Source of the DNA: Stegostoma tigrinum
Taxonomy: Eukaryota
Direction: 5' to 3'
NCBI RefSeq assembly: GCF_030684315.1
Contig: NC_081394.1
Span: forward strand, 1,674,001 to 1,738,000
Length of the DNA: 64,000 bases
The translations under genes were made by a program, and so were the position numbers. Below the pieces are notes generated by a model. The model ran no database searches, was not told where the DNA came from, and saw only the letters and a list, made by a program, of their open reading frames with translations. Positions 12,501 to 24,900 of the stretch are shown one piece after another; position 1 is the stretch's first letter, and each line of letters begins with the position of its first letter.

Positions 12501-13345
12501 GTGGACAGTAAAGAAAGCTATGTAAGATTATAAAGAGATCTCGATCAATTGGTCAATGGGCTGTGGAGTGGCAAATGGAGTTTAATTTAGATAAATACGA
12601 GGTGTTACATTTTGGTAAAACAAACAATGGCAGGACCTAGTTAGTATTGTACAACAGAGAGATCTAGGCTTTGAATATATCATTCTTTGAAGTTTACATC
12701 AGATATAGACAGGGTGGTCAAGAAGGCATTTGGCATGCTTGCCTTCATTGCTAAGTGCTTTGAGCATAGGAGTTGGGATGTTACGTTGAGCTTTTGCAGG
12801 ACACTGATGAATCCTGTTCTGGAGTACTACTTCCAGTTCTGCTCTTGCTATTATAGAAAGGATATTATCAAACTGGAGAGGGTTCAGAAGAGATCTACCA
12901 GATGTTGCAGGGAATGGAAGTTTTGAGCTAAAAGGAGAGGCTGGATAGGCTAGGACTGTTTTCCACTGGAGCTTGGGTGGTAAAGAGGTGATCTTATAGA
13001 GACTCGGAAAATTACGAGAGGTATATAATAAGAGATAAGGCAAATGGCAGGTGTGGTTTCCCTTTCCTGGGTGGGTGATTTCAAGACAAGGGTGATTATT
13101 TTTAAGGTGAATGGAGAAAGATTTTAAAAAGACATGAGGAATTTTTATTTTTCACAGAGTGTAGTTCATGTGTGGAATGAACTTCCAGAGGAAGTGGTGG
13201 TATGTGTACAGTTACAATGTTTAAAAGACCTTTACATAAATAGCATGAAGAAGAAATGTTTGGAGGGATATGGCCAAATGTGGACATGTGGGACTAGTTT
13301 AGTTTGGTGTTATGGTCAGCATGGGCTGTTTGGATTGACGGGTTT
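12500..13345 (+). mobile_element. Decayed CR1 3' fragment
   Basis: VVKKAFGMLAFI...LEY..QF...KLERVQKR. Confidence 0.85.
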
Positions 13346-13599
13346 ATAACAACGTAAGAAATAGCAGCAATAGTAGGCCTGCTGGCCCCTTGAGCCTGCT
13401 GCACCATTTAATAAGATCATAGCTGATCTTTCTGTGGACTTAGCTCACAATCCTGCCTGCTCACCATAACCCTTAATTCCTTTGCTGTTCAAAAATCTAT
13501 CCATCTTTGCCTTAAAACATTCAATGAGGTAGCCTCAACTTCTTCACTGAAATTCCACAGATTTCTAACCCTTTAGGTAAAGAAGTTTCTCCTCAACAT

Positions 13600-14290
13600 G
13601 ACTGGAAATCATGGCAGATCAGACAGCACCCATGGAGAGAGCAAGCAAACGGGGAGGGCAGCACTTATACTATAGTAGGGAGGGGTGTGTGGGGGCTGGG
13701 GCTAGTGGATGTGGGGTGATGGAGAAGAAAAGATGTTGGTAGCTCAGATTAAGTGGGAAAGGCAGAACAATGGTGTCTCCCCCGACAGACTTGAAAGGAC
13801 AGTAAGTGAGATGGGGGGAGGGGAAGACGTGATAACAAGCTAAAAGAAAGGGAAATGTTCACATTTTAAAGGCGTTTAACTCTAAGTCCAGAAGGCTGTA
13901 AGTACCTCTTCTGAAGTTGAGATGTAGCTCTTACAGTTTGTGCTGTGATTCACTAGAACACTGCAGCATGCTGAGGACAGGCATATGAGCATGTAAGCTG
14001 GATGCTGTGGTAAAATGACCAGCTACAGGAAGGTCAGGGTCATGCGTGTGCACCGCCTGGAGGTGTTCTGCAGAGCAGTTACCCAGCCTGCATTTGATTT
14101 CTCCAGTGTACAGTTGGTCACTTTGGATGCAGCATGTACAATACACAAAGATTGGAGGAGGTGCAGGTAAAGTGCTGCTTCACCTGGAAAGACAGTTTCG
14201 GCCCTTAGTAGACAGGGAGGCGGTAAAGTGGCAGGTATTGTAGCTTCTGCAGTTATATGGGAAGGTGCTGTGGAAATGTGGGGTGGTATT
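13600..14290 (-). mobile_element. Old Neptune-type Penelope fragment (GIY-YIG)
   Basis: YC..C...LYTGE.K.RLG...AEHL....PDLPVAGHF. Confidence 0.7.
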
Positions 14291-14850
14291 TATGGTTGTG
14301 GAATGGAATACGGTGTTCTGGAGAGAATGATTTCTCCTCACTTTGTTTCTGTGCTGTATGACTATATAACCCCACAGAGGCTAGCATCCTGTCACCAAGT
14401 CGCCCTTTATTTTCAAATAAACACTCTGACTTTAGTACTGATGCACAATTAGGTACCAGAGTGTCAGTGTCTCAGACATTCATTCTTTTTATATGTCAAT
14501 CAGGGGTCCCTAGTTGGGTACATTAGTCTGATCCAATCAGGAATTCCTATCCCATGACTTCTAGCTGGCTGACCTTATTACAGTGACTACATGCCTCCCC
14601 TTCTGAATCTATGGACATGGGCTGGTCCTTTCTCTGTAATAGAAATGAGGAGCAAAGAAGTTAATTCTGACAAAAAGGCAAGCTGCAGGTTCAGTGTTTC
14701 CAGGGGAGTAATCAATATTTTGGATGAAAAAATCTAGAAGATCATCAGTGATGTCACAACATAGACCTAAAGGATGAGAACTGTGTAAGAATCCAATAGC
14801 AGAATTCCTCCACAGTTGAACTTCAAAGTAACCACTGCACAAGGATCCAT

Positions 14851-16792
14851 GATAACAAAGTTTCGAGCTGGGTGAACACAACGGGCCAACCCGCATTTTA
14901 GGAACAGGAAAGCTGACGTTTCGGGCCTAGACGCTTCATCAGAAATGGGGGGGAAGGGGGTTCTGAAATAAATAGGGAGCGAGGGGGAGGCGGATCAAAG
15001 ATGGATGGAGGAGAAGATAAGTGGAGAGCAGACAGACAAGTTAAAGAGGCGGGGATGGAGCTAGTAAAGGTCAGTGTAGGTAGGGAGGAGATAGGTCAGT
15101 CCAGGGAGGACAGTCAGGTCAAGGGGGCTGATTGAGGCTAGTAGGTAGGAAATGGGGGTGCGGCTTGAGGTGGTAGGAGGGGATAGGTGAGACGAAGAAC
15201 AGGTTAGGGAGGCGGGGACGAGCTGGGCTGGTTTTGGAATGCGGTAGGGGGAGGGGAGATTTTGAATCTTGTGAAATCCACATTGATACCATTGGGGTGA
15301 GTGTGCTGTTCCTGCAACCTTTGGGTGGAATGTTGTGGCATTGCAGGAGGCCCAGGATGGACATGTCGTTTGAGGAATGGGAGGGGGTGTTGAAATGGTT
15401 CATGACCGGGAGGTGCAGTTGTTTGTTGCGAACTGAGCGGAGGTGTTCTGCAAAGCGTTCTCCAAGCCTCCACTTGGTTTCCCCGATGTAGAGGAGGCCA
15501 CATCTGGAACAGCGGATGCAGTATAACACATTGGCAGATGTGCAGATGAACATCTGCTTGACATGGAAAGTCTTGGGACCTGGGATGGGGGTGAGGGAGG
15601 AGGTATGGGGCCAGGTGTAGCACTTCCTGCGGTTGCAGGGACAAGTGCAGGGTGCGGTGGGACTAGAGGGGGGTGTGGAGCAGATAAGGGAGTCACAGAG
15701 AGAGTGGTCCCTCCACAAAGCAGACAAGGGTGGGGAGGGAAAAGTGTCTTTGGTGGTGGGGTCGGATGGCGGAAGTGTCGGAAGATGATGTGTTAGATCC
15801 GGAGGTTGGTGGGGTGGTACGTGAGGACGAGAGGGATTCTTTTTTCGTCGCTATTGCGGGGACGGGTTGTGAGGGATGAGTTGCGGGAGACATGGTCAAG
15901 GGCGTTCTCGACCACTGCGGGGTTGTGGGGGGAGCGGAGTTGCAGTCCTTGACAAACAAGGACACCTGTGATGTACGGGAGTGGAATGCCTCTTCCTGGA
16001 AGCAGATGCAGCGGAGGCAAAGGAATTGGGAATAGGGGATGGCATTTTAGCAGGAAGGTGGGTGGGAGGAGATGTATACTAGGTAGCTGTGGGAGTCAGT
16101 GGGTTTGAAATGGATATCCATTTCTCGGTGGTTGACCGAGATGGAGACAAAGAGGTCCAAGAAGGTGAGAGACGTGTTAGAGATGGTCCAGGTGAACTTA
16201 AGGTTGGGGTGGAAGTTGTTGAAGTGGATGAACTGTTCAAACTCCTCATGGGACCACGAGGCGGCACTGATACAGGAGGAAGAGGTGGGGTTTAGCGCCA
16301 ATTTAGGTACGGAAGAGGATTGTTCCACATAACCTACAAAGAGGCAGGCATAGCTTGGACCCATGTAGGTACCCATGGACACCGCCTTTGTAGGAAGTGG
16401 GAGGAATTGGAAGAGAAGTTGTTGAGGGTGAGGACGAGTTCGGCTATGTGGTTGAGGGTGTCAGTGGAGGGGGACTGATCGGGCCTGCGGGACAGGAAGA
16501 AGCAGAGGCCCTTTAGGCCACCTGCATGTGGAATACAGGTGTATATGGACTGGACATCCATGGTAAAAATGAGGTGTTGGGGACCGGGGAATTGGAAGTT
16601 CTGGAGGTTGTGGGAGGGCTTGGGTGGTGTCACGTATGTAGGTGGGGAGTTCCTGGACCAAGGGGGAGAAAACTGAGTCAAGATAGGTGGAGATAAGTTT
16701 GGTGGGGCAGGAGCAGGGAGACAATGGGTTGACCAGGGTAGTCGGGCTTGTGGATTTTGTGAAGGAGGTAGAAGTGGACGATAGTCCCAAGG
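14851..16792 (-). mobile_element. Neptune-type Penelope-like element, decayed, 12-bp TSD ACAAGGATCCAT
   Basis: MGTYMGPSYACLFVG, Cys linker CPCNRRKCYT, CTSANVLYCIRCSRCGLLYIGET; TSD 14839-14850 and 16793-16804. Confidence 0.9.
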
Positions 16793-16835
16793 ACAAGGAT
16801 CCATCCCCAGACACCAGAGACAGAGAACCGGTCTA

Positions 16836-17080
16836 TCCTCTCTCACTCCCACCTACACTCACCTTTACCGGCTCCAATCCCACCTCCTTGACCTGTCTGT
16901 CTCCTCTCCACCTATCTTCTCCTTTATCCTTATTCTATCCACCTCCCCTTTTCTCCCTATTTATTTCAGAATCCCCTTCCCCTCCCCAATTCTGAAGAAG
17001 GGTCTAGATCCGAAACGTCAGCTTTCCTGCTCCTCTGATGCTGCTTGGTCTGCTCTGTTCATCCAGCTCGACACCTTGTT
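16836..17080 (+). mobile_element. Penelope pLTR with hammerhead motif at 16992-17019
   Basis: ctgaagaagggtctagatccgaaacgtcag. Confidence 0.8.
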
Positions 17081-17498
17081 GTGGAATATTGATTGGAATT
17101 GTTGCTAAATTCCACCAATAATTGGATAATGGCCAAGTTGAATTGTGAGGCTTAACTCACTTACTTGAAGGGTCTCATTGGGTTGCTACATGCAAGAAAA
17201 TTTAAATCATTGTTTCATAGATCATAGAATCCATAAAGTGTGGAAACAGGCCCCTCAGCTCAACAAGTCCACACCGACCCTCAGAGTATCCCACCTAGAC
17301 CCATCCCTCGAATCTACACATCTCTTATCACTACCCCCACCCCTCTGAGCCCCATGGAGAATTGGGCTCCATTGTTCTACCTGTACCCCTCAGCAAGGGA
17401 GCCTTGGCTTGTCTTCTCCCTCACCCCCTACCATACAGCTCTACCAACAGGCAGCAGCAAGGACTCCATCCTGTGGACTAGACCAGCACAACGTTGGC

Positions 17499-17775
17499 TC
17501 ATAGAATCCCTACAGTCTAGGGAGGAGTCGTTCAGCCCATCAGCTCTGCGTCGACTGTGTGAAGAGCATCCCAAACAGACCCACTGCATCTCCAACATCC
17601 TGAATTTCCTGTGAATAACCCACCTAACCTGTACATCTTTGGGAGGGAACCAGAGAACACATGTGGAAACCAGGAGAATGTACAAATTCCACAGTCGCCC
17701 AAGGCTGGAATTGAATCTTGGCTCTTGGTGCTGCAGAGCAGCAGTGCAAAGTACTAAGTCACGGCGTGCTGTCCC
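17499..17775 (-). mobile_element. HE1/V-SINE-like tRNA-derived SINE (further fragments 17215-17330 and 19340-19510)
   Basis: Reverse strand: A/B-box-like head, cccaaagatgtacaggttaggtg core, CR1-like gattctatga tail. Confidence 0.7.
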
Positions 17776-18159
17776 AGTTGCTGATTGACAGTTGTTAAGG
17801 TTCAGGCTCAGGCTTGAGGTGTGATGCCCCCCACTAAACTTCCCTTTCTGCATTAGATTCAATCTGTGTGCCTACACTTGGGAGTTATTAGAGAACAGCA
17901 CAGAGCACAGAACCTGCACAAATCAGCCCATTCAGCTCCTCAAACTTGTTCTTGTCTGACCCGATTGCTCAACTTTTCTGTCAGTTCCTCATGAACCTTG
18001 ATTCGTTCATCAACCAAAAATCTGCCTGACTCAGAGCCGAATACGTGGGAAGATTCTGCTGCCAAGTGCTTTCTGGGGAAGGGATTTCCGCAGATCAGAA
18101 GGTGGCCACTCAGCCCCTTGAACAGTTAGGGCAGTGGTGTATCAACCTCTTGAGTCTGC

Positions 18160-18467
18160 AACACAGGAACAGGAGGAAATTCATTCAGCTCCTCAGGTCT
18201 TTGAGGGAGGAACAGGAGAAGCTTCATTCAGCCCACTCAGACTTTATTAAATATTGCACAGGGCCGCACAAAGGGTTAACAGTTTGTCTGAAGTTCCGGC
18301 AAACATCTGACTTCTCTCTTTGAGCTGACTTCCTGATCTCACTGACAGTGACACAGCCACCCCTTTGAATCACATACATAGGGGACCAGCACAGGAAGAG
18401 GCTATTCCACACACAGGCAAAGTGTGTGGGCAGTTCGTCCCCAAGCAAGCTGTCAGACAGGTCCAGG
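18160..18467 (+). promoter_or_regulatory. Putative promoter and non-coding first exon of gene A
   Basis: Cluster of ETS/PU.1-like GGAA/TTCC sites (gaggaaat, gaggaac, acttcctg, caggaag) ending at a strong donor AGG|GTAAGT (GT at 18468), 378 nt before the leader-exon acceptor. Confidence 0.5.
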
Positions 18468-18887
18468 GTAAGTAACATAACAACAGAAGTTCACTTCCAG
18501 GACCAACATTATCCTGTGTTGACATTGTAACTTTGGAAAGACAGGCTCCAATGATTTGAAGACTTCAAAACATTTCTATATAATGCTAACTTCTGAGTCT
18601 CAGTTCATACGGACCATCTTTCTTGATCAAAGGACAAGGGACGCTCAGAGACATGGGCATTGTGATGTGGTAAAGGTACTGTACAAATGCAAATCTTTCA
18701 TTGTTTTACTTCCTTAAAGCTTTGTAACGCCACAAAGCACCTGTCATCCCATGGGGAATCAAAGCAGTCTGTGAAGATATTGTCTAAAAGTAGCGCTGAT
18801 CTCTCTGACAAGAGGTGATGTCTCATTAACCCCTTTCTCTTACAGAGCTTGAGAAGGAGAAGCTGATAAAATATCTGGGAGTAGACA

Positions 18888-18927
18888 ATGTTCGGGAAAT
18901 ATCACTTGCTGTTGTCATTTCTACAAG
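18888..18927 (+). CDS. Gene A leader exon (exon 18846-18927): MFGKYHLLLSFLQ
   Basis: Acceptor ccctttctcttacag at 18845; donor CAAG|GTAATG, phase 1; joins V1 to give signal peptide MFGKYHLLLSFLQAGLA|QEW. Confidence 0.85.
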
Positions 18928-21900
18928 GTAATGTTGTGGTCAGGTTGGGCAATTTTAAGGTTTATAGTCTTTGGAACAGGGATTTTTTTCTTTATTCATT
19001 CATGGGATTAGGGTATCGCAGACTGGGCAGCATTTATTGCCCAAAGGGCAGTTTAGAGTCAACCACCTTGCTGTGGGTCAGGAGTTACATGCAGTCCATA
19101 CCAGGTAAGGATGGCAGTTTCCTTCCCTAAAGGACGTGAGTGAACCAGATGGGTTTCCCCCCAACAATCGACAATCGTTTCATGGTCTTCATTAGATTCT
19201 TATATTTTATTGAAGTCAAATTCCACCATCTGCCATAGTGGGATTCGAGCCCAGGTCCCCAGAATATTGTTTGGGTCTTTGGATTAACTGTCCAGTGATT
19301 TAATAACGGTAGACCATTGCCTCCTCATGGAACATTCTTCATAGAATCACCACAGTGCAGACATTTGGTCCACTGACCCTCCAAAGAGTGCCCTGCCCAG
19401 ACCTCTTTCCCCCCACCCCCAACTGTATCCCCTGCATTTACCGTGGCCAACCCACACATCACTGGACGCTACAGGACAATTTAAGTACCTGACCTGTACA
19501 TCTTTGGACCCACGCTGACATGAGGAGAATGGCTGACTGGAGTGAGGCAGCAATGCAAACGATGAGCCATTGTGATAATGGGAACTGCAGATGCTGGAAA
19601 AGCCAAGATAACAAAGTGTGAAGCTGGATGAATGCAGCAGCCCAAGCAGCATCTCAGGAGCACAAAAGCTGATGTTTCGGGCCTAGACCCTTCATCAGAG
19701 AGGGGGATGGGAGAGGGTTCTGGAATAAATAGGGAGAGAGGGGGATGGGGGTGAGGGATGAGGTGTGGGGGCAAGTGTAGCACTTCCTGCGTTTGCAGGG
19801 GAAGGTGCCAGGTGTGGTGGGGTTGGAGGGGAGTGTGGAGCGGACAAGGGAGTCACGGAGCGAGTCGTTTCTCCAGAAGGCAGACAAGGGTGAGGATGGA
19901 AAAATGTTTTGGTTGGTGGGGTCGGGTTGTAGATGGCAGAAGTGTTGGAGGATGATGCGTTGTATCCGGAGGTTGGTGGGGTGGTATGTGAGAATGAGGG
20001 GGTTCCTCTTGGGGCGGTTGTGGCAGGGGCGGGGTGTGAGGGATGTGTTGGGGGAGACGCGGTGAAGGGCGTTATCGACCACCGCGGGGGGAAAGTCCCT
20101 ATACACCTGTATTCCTCATGCAGATGGCCTCAAGGCCTTCCGCTTCTTCCTGTCCCGCAGGCCCGATGAGTCCCCGTCCACCGACACCCTCATCCGCCTA
20201 GCTGAACTCGCCCTCACCCTCAACAACTTCTCTTCTGATTCCTCCCACTTCCTACAAAGGAGGGGGCCATGGGTACCCGCATGGGCCCAAGCTATGCCTG
20301 CCTCTTTGTAGGTTACGTGGAACAGTCCCTCTTACGCACCTACACAGGCCCCAAACCCCACCTCTTCCTCCGTTACATTGATGACTGTATTGGCACCGCC
20401 TCTTGCTCCCCAGAGAAGCTCAAACAGCTCATCCACTTCACCAACACCTTCCACCCCAACCTTCAGTTCACCTGGGCCATCTCCAACACATCCCTCACCT
20501 TCCTGCACCTCTCAGTCTCCAATCTAAGGCAACCAGCTTGTAACTGATGTCCATTTCAAGCCCACCGACTCCCACAGCTACCTAGAATACACCTCCTCCC
20601 ACCCACCCTCCTGCAAAAATTCCATCCCCTATTCCCAATTCCTCCGCCTCCGCCGCATCTGCTCCCAGGAAGAAGCATTCCACGCCCGCACATCCCAGAT
20701 GTCCACGTTCTTCAAGGACCGCAACTTTCCCCCCGCAGTGATTGAGAACGCCGTTGACCGCATTTCCGGCAATACATTTCCTGTTGATTCGCGCTCTGCT
20801 GGAAACCTCAATGAGGGAAGGAGAAGCAATCAATAGCGAAAGATGTCAAATTCACAGTTCCATATTTGCCTTTTACTGTCAACACATGCCTGGCTCAGGC
20901 TAAAGGCACTTTGCTGAAATGTTTCACAGCGTCTGTAGGCGTAGGCTCAGTGCTGAACTTGGGGACCAGTCGATCTCCAAAGTTGCATCAGAGTCAACAA
21001 TAATAAAATGGGTAGTATCTTCCCAGCCCCTGAATGACTTGATCCATGGTGTGAAAGTTGGAAAGACCAGGTGAGATGACCAGAGAGCAGCTCCACAATG
21101 TCAAGATCAAAACCTCCCATTTTCCAAAAGCGAGACAGATTCTTTGGCAGATGTCCCTGCCATCTTACAACTTTGGTGTCAGCTTCCTCAGACAAACCTG
21201 CCTGCTGCCCCTGCGTCTTGCTTGCTCATATCACTGAAGTCTTCAATTTCAAGTTCATGTGGGCTCTCTTCTGCATGAGGCTGAGCTGGTTCCTGGTCGC
21301 TGGCAATCCTCTGGATGCCAGGAAACTGGAATGTTTCTCTCTCTGCCAACTGCAGAGAGGTGGCAGTGAAGTGCTCACCAGTGCGTGCACTCATAGAGAT
21401 GTCTAAAATAGAAACAGGAGCCCACTTTGTCATTTAATACGATGACAGATGACCATCCAACTCAGTCCCCACACCCTTTGATCCCTTTATGCCTAAGAAC
21501 CATATCTGACTCCTGCTTGAAAGCAGCCAATGTTTTAGTCTCAACCACTTTGTGTGATACAGAATTCCACAGGCTCCCCATTCTCTGGGTGAAGACATTA
21601 CTCCTCAACACAGTCCTGAATGACCTACCCCATATTCTCAGACTGTGACCCCCCCAGCTCGGTTCTGGATACCCCAAATCATCAGGAACAACCTTCCTAT
21701 GTCTCGTCATGTAAGACTTTTATATTCTATGACACTCCCCCTAAACTCCAGTGAATATAGCCCTAACTGTTCAGTCCTGCCATCCCAGGAATCAGCCTCA
21801 CGATTCTAATGTTACTAACATTCTCACAAGGGGCTGGTGTCTAAGCTGTTGGAAGGTGCAGGAGGTAGCCTTACCAGTGTAACGTCTGAGGATTCTGTGC

Positions 21901-24900
21901 TCTTTGCCTCAGAGATGAGGAGATGATGCCTTGCAAGGATGCCCTCTTGGCTGTGGAGACAGAGAGTGTGCTGCGATTGGTTGTAGAAGACTAGGCATTG
22001 TTAAGGCTAAACTCAGAGTGCGATGATGCGCAATTAGACTGCAATGGGCAATGCTTCTTAACTGGTTGCTGCGACATTTTCTAAAATTCATTCACAGGAT
22101 GTGGGCATCACTGACTTGGCCAACACTTATTGCTGTGAGGGCAGTTTTGAGTCAACCACAGTGCTGTGTGTCTGGAGTCACACCACATAAATTTAGCAGT
22201 GTCCTTCCCCAAAGGCCATTAATAAACAGGTTCGGTTTTCCCTGACAATTGACAGTGCTTTCATGAGCACCATTAGATTTTTCATTCCAAATTTCTCTTG
22301 AATTCACATTCCATCAGCTGGCCATAGTGGGATTTGAACCTATTCCCCAGAGTCTCAACATTACAAGTGTAGCGGTAGTACCACTTAGCCATCAACTCCC
22401 CAGGCACACAGTTGGTTTCACCACAGGGTCGGTCCCGATCCTCGCTAGCAAGGGCAAAGAAGCTTGCTCCGTAGGGGTGAAGAGCTGAATATTAGGCATC
22501 CTACATCTACCCTGACTTGCTTGCCCCACTATAGGCGTCAACACCTCACTGACTCAAGTAATGAGTTGAGGACCAGGCTGGCAGGGTCAGGTGGCACAGC
22601 CTTCTCTGCCGGTCCCAGGGACATAGGCAGCCGTTGTCCTCAAAGCGGTCGCCAATTTCCCCTTGTCTACCTCACCTAGGGCAAAGGTGATGAAACATGT
22701 TCTAGACAACCACAGCTCAACTGGGTGAATGGTGGCCTTTTAAACTTGGTGGAAGACCGACTTCGCTAAACAGGGTCCTGAGGACCATGAGTGAATGTAG
22801 GATGAACTTGTCCACTCCTGCGTCCAGGATTGCCCTCCATCTGCTGTGTAACTTCGGAGAGCTCCTTGTGTGCCCTGTAGGTGGTCCATACAACACCCAC
22901 TGTGTACTAGTGACGGATGGAATGGATATTGAGTCTAGTGAATCCATAGGCCATCCAGAACTAAATACTGATATTTCTCTCCCCAGCTGGACTGGCGCAA
23001 GAGTGGAAAATCCACACTCCACGTGAGGTGACAACTCAGGAAGGTTCCTGTGCTCAGATTCCGTGTAATTATAGTTGTCCTTCACATCTGACAAACCAGC
23101 CGCGAGTCGGAGTCTGGTATTATCAAACAGGAATTAAAAGATGGTCAGTAGCCTCTCACTCCGAGAGTCTTAGTAATGAATCGCCACAGTTCCGCTATCG
23201 GACCTGGCTGTCTGGAGACCTGCAAGATGGAGACTGCTCACTGATTATAAACAACATCACACGGGAAGATGCAGGATATTATTATTTCAAATTAACATTT
23301 GTCGACAAAGTGAAATATAAATCCAAACCTGCAACTCAGCTTCAAGTTTCTGGTAAGCGCTGTGTAAATAATTACTCAAATTCACATCCTACATTCAATG
23401 GAAAATAATGCAAACTGAGACATTTCCAAATTAACACAAAACACAACCTGTTACAACTCAGTGATAATGGGAACTGCAGATGCCGGAGATTCCAAGATAA
23501 TAAAATGTGAGGCTGGATGAACACAGCAGGCCCAGCAGCATCTCAGGAGCACAAAAGCTGACGTTTCGGGCCTAGACCCTTCATCAGAGAGGGGGATGGG
23601 GGGAGGGAACTGGAATAAATAGGGAGAGAGGGGGAGGCGGACCGAAGATGGAGAGTAAAGAAGATAGGTGGAGAGAGTGTAGGTAGGGAGGTAGGGAGGG
23701 GATAGGTCAGTCCAGGGAAGACGGACAGGTCAAGGAGGTGGGATGAGGTTAGTAGGTAGCGGGGGGTGCGGCTTGGGGTGGGAGGAAGGGATGGGTGAGA
23801 GGAAGAACCGGTTAGGGAGGCAGAGACAGGTTGGACTGGTTTTGGGATGCAGTGGGTGGGGGCGAAGAGCTGGGCTGGTTGTGTGGTGCAGTGGGGGGAG
23901 GGGACGAACTGGGCTGGTTGAGGGATGCAGTAGGGGAAGGGGAGATTTTGAAACTGGTGAAGTCCACATTGATACCATATGGCTGCAGGGTTCCCAGGCG
24001 GAATATGAGTTGCTGTTCCTGCAACCTTCGGGTGGCATCATTGTGGCAGTGCAGGAGGCTCATGATGGACATGTCATCAAGAGAATGGGAGGGGGAGTGG
24101 AAATGGTTTGCGACTGGGAGGTGCAGCATGGCCTCCTGCACTGCCACAATGATACCACCCGAAGGTTGCAGGAACAGCAACTCATATTCCGCCTGGGAAA
24201 CCTGCAGCCATATGGTATCAATGTGGACTTCACCAGTTTCAAAATCTCCCCTTCCCCTACTGCATCCCTCAACCAGCCCAGTTCGTCCCCTCCCCCCACT
24301 GCACCACACAACCAGCCCAGCTCTTCCCCCCCACCCACTGCATCCCAAAACCAGTCCAACCTGTCTCTGCCTCCCTAACCGGTTCTTCCTCTCACCCATC
24401 CCTTCCTCCCACCCCAAGCCGCACCCCCCGCTACCTACTAACCTCATCCCACCTCCTTGACCTGTCCGTCTTCCCTGGACTGACCTATCCCCTCCCTACC
24501 TCCCCACCTACACTCTCTCCACCTATCTTCTTTACTCTCCATCTTCGGTCCGCCTCCCCCTCTCTCCCTATTTATTCCAGTTCCCTCCCCCCATCCCCCT
24601 CTCTGATGAAGGGTCTAGGCCCGAAACGTCAGCTTTTGTGCTCCTGAGATGCTGCTTGGCCTGCTGTGTTCATCCAGCCTCACATTTTATTATCCTGTTA
24701 CAACTCAGTGTCTGACTCTCAATAACCTGGCGATAGCTTCCAAAACCGTCCTAAGTGACATCCAATACTCCTGTTGATATCAATAACTTGATGTATTGAC
24801 TACGATGTCAGGTTATCTACTCCTATCCATCTCTTTAATTCTGATTAAAAGTCAGAAAAAGAATTTGTATTTTCATAGTGCCTTTTGCTACCTCACGACA

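Noticed and set aside
14839-17080. A single Neptune element with inverted pLTRs at both ends
   Set aside because: The TSD closes the element at 16804, so the + strand pLTR at 16836-17080 is a separate insertion.
23730-24460. Mirror-image ORFs of about 210 aa on both strands
   Set aside because: By-product of the Penelope palindrome; low-complexity pLTR sequence.
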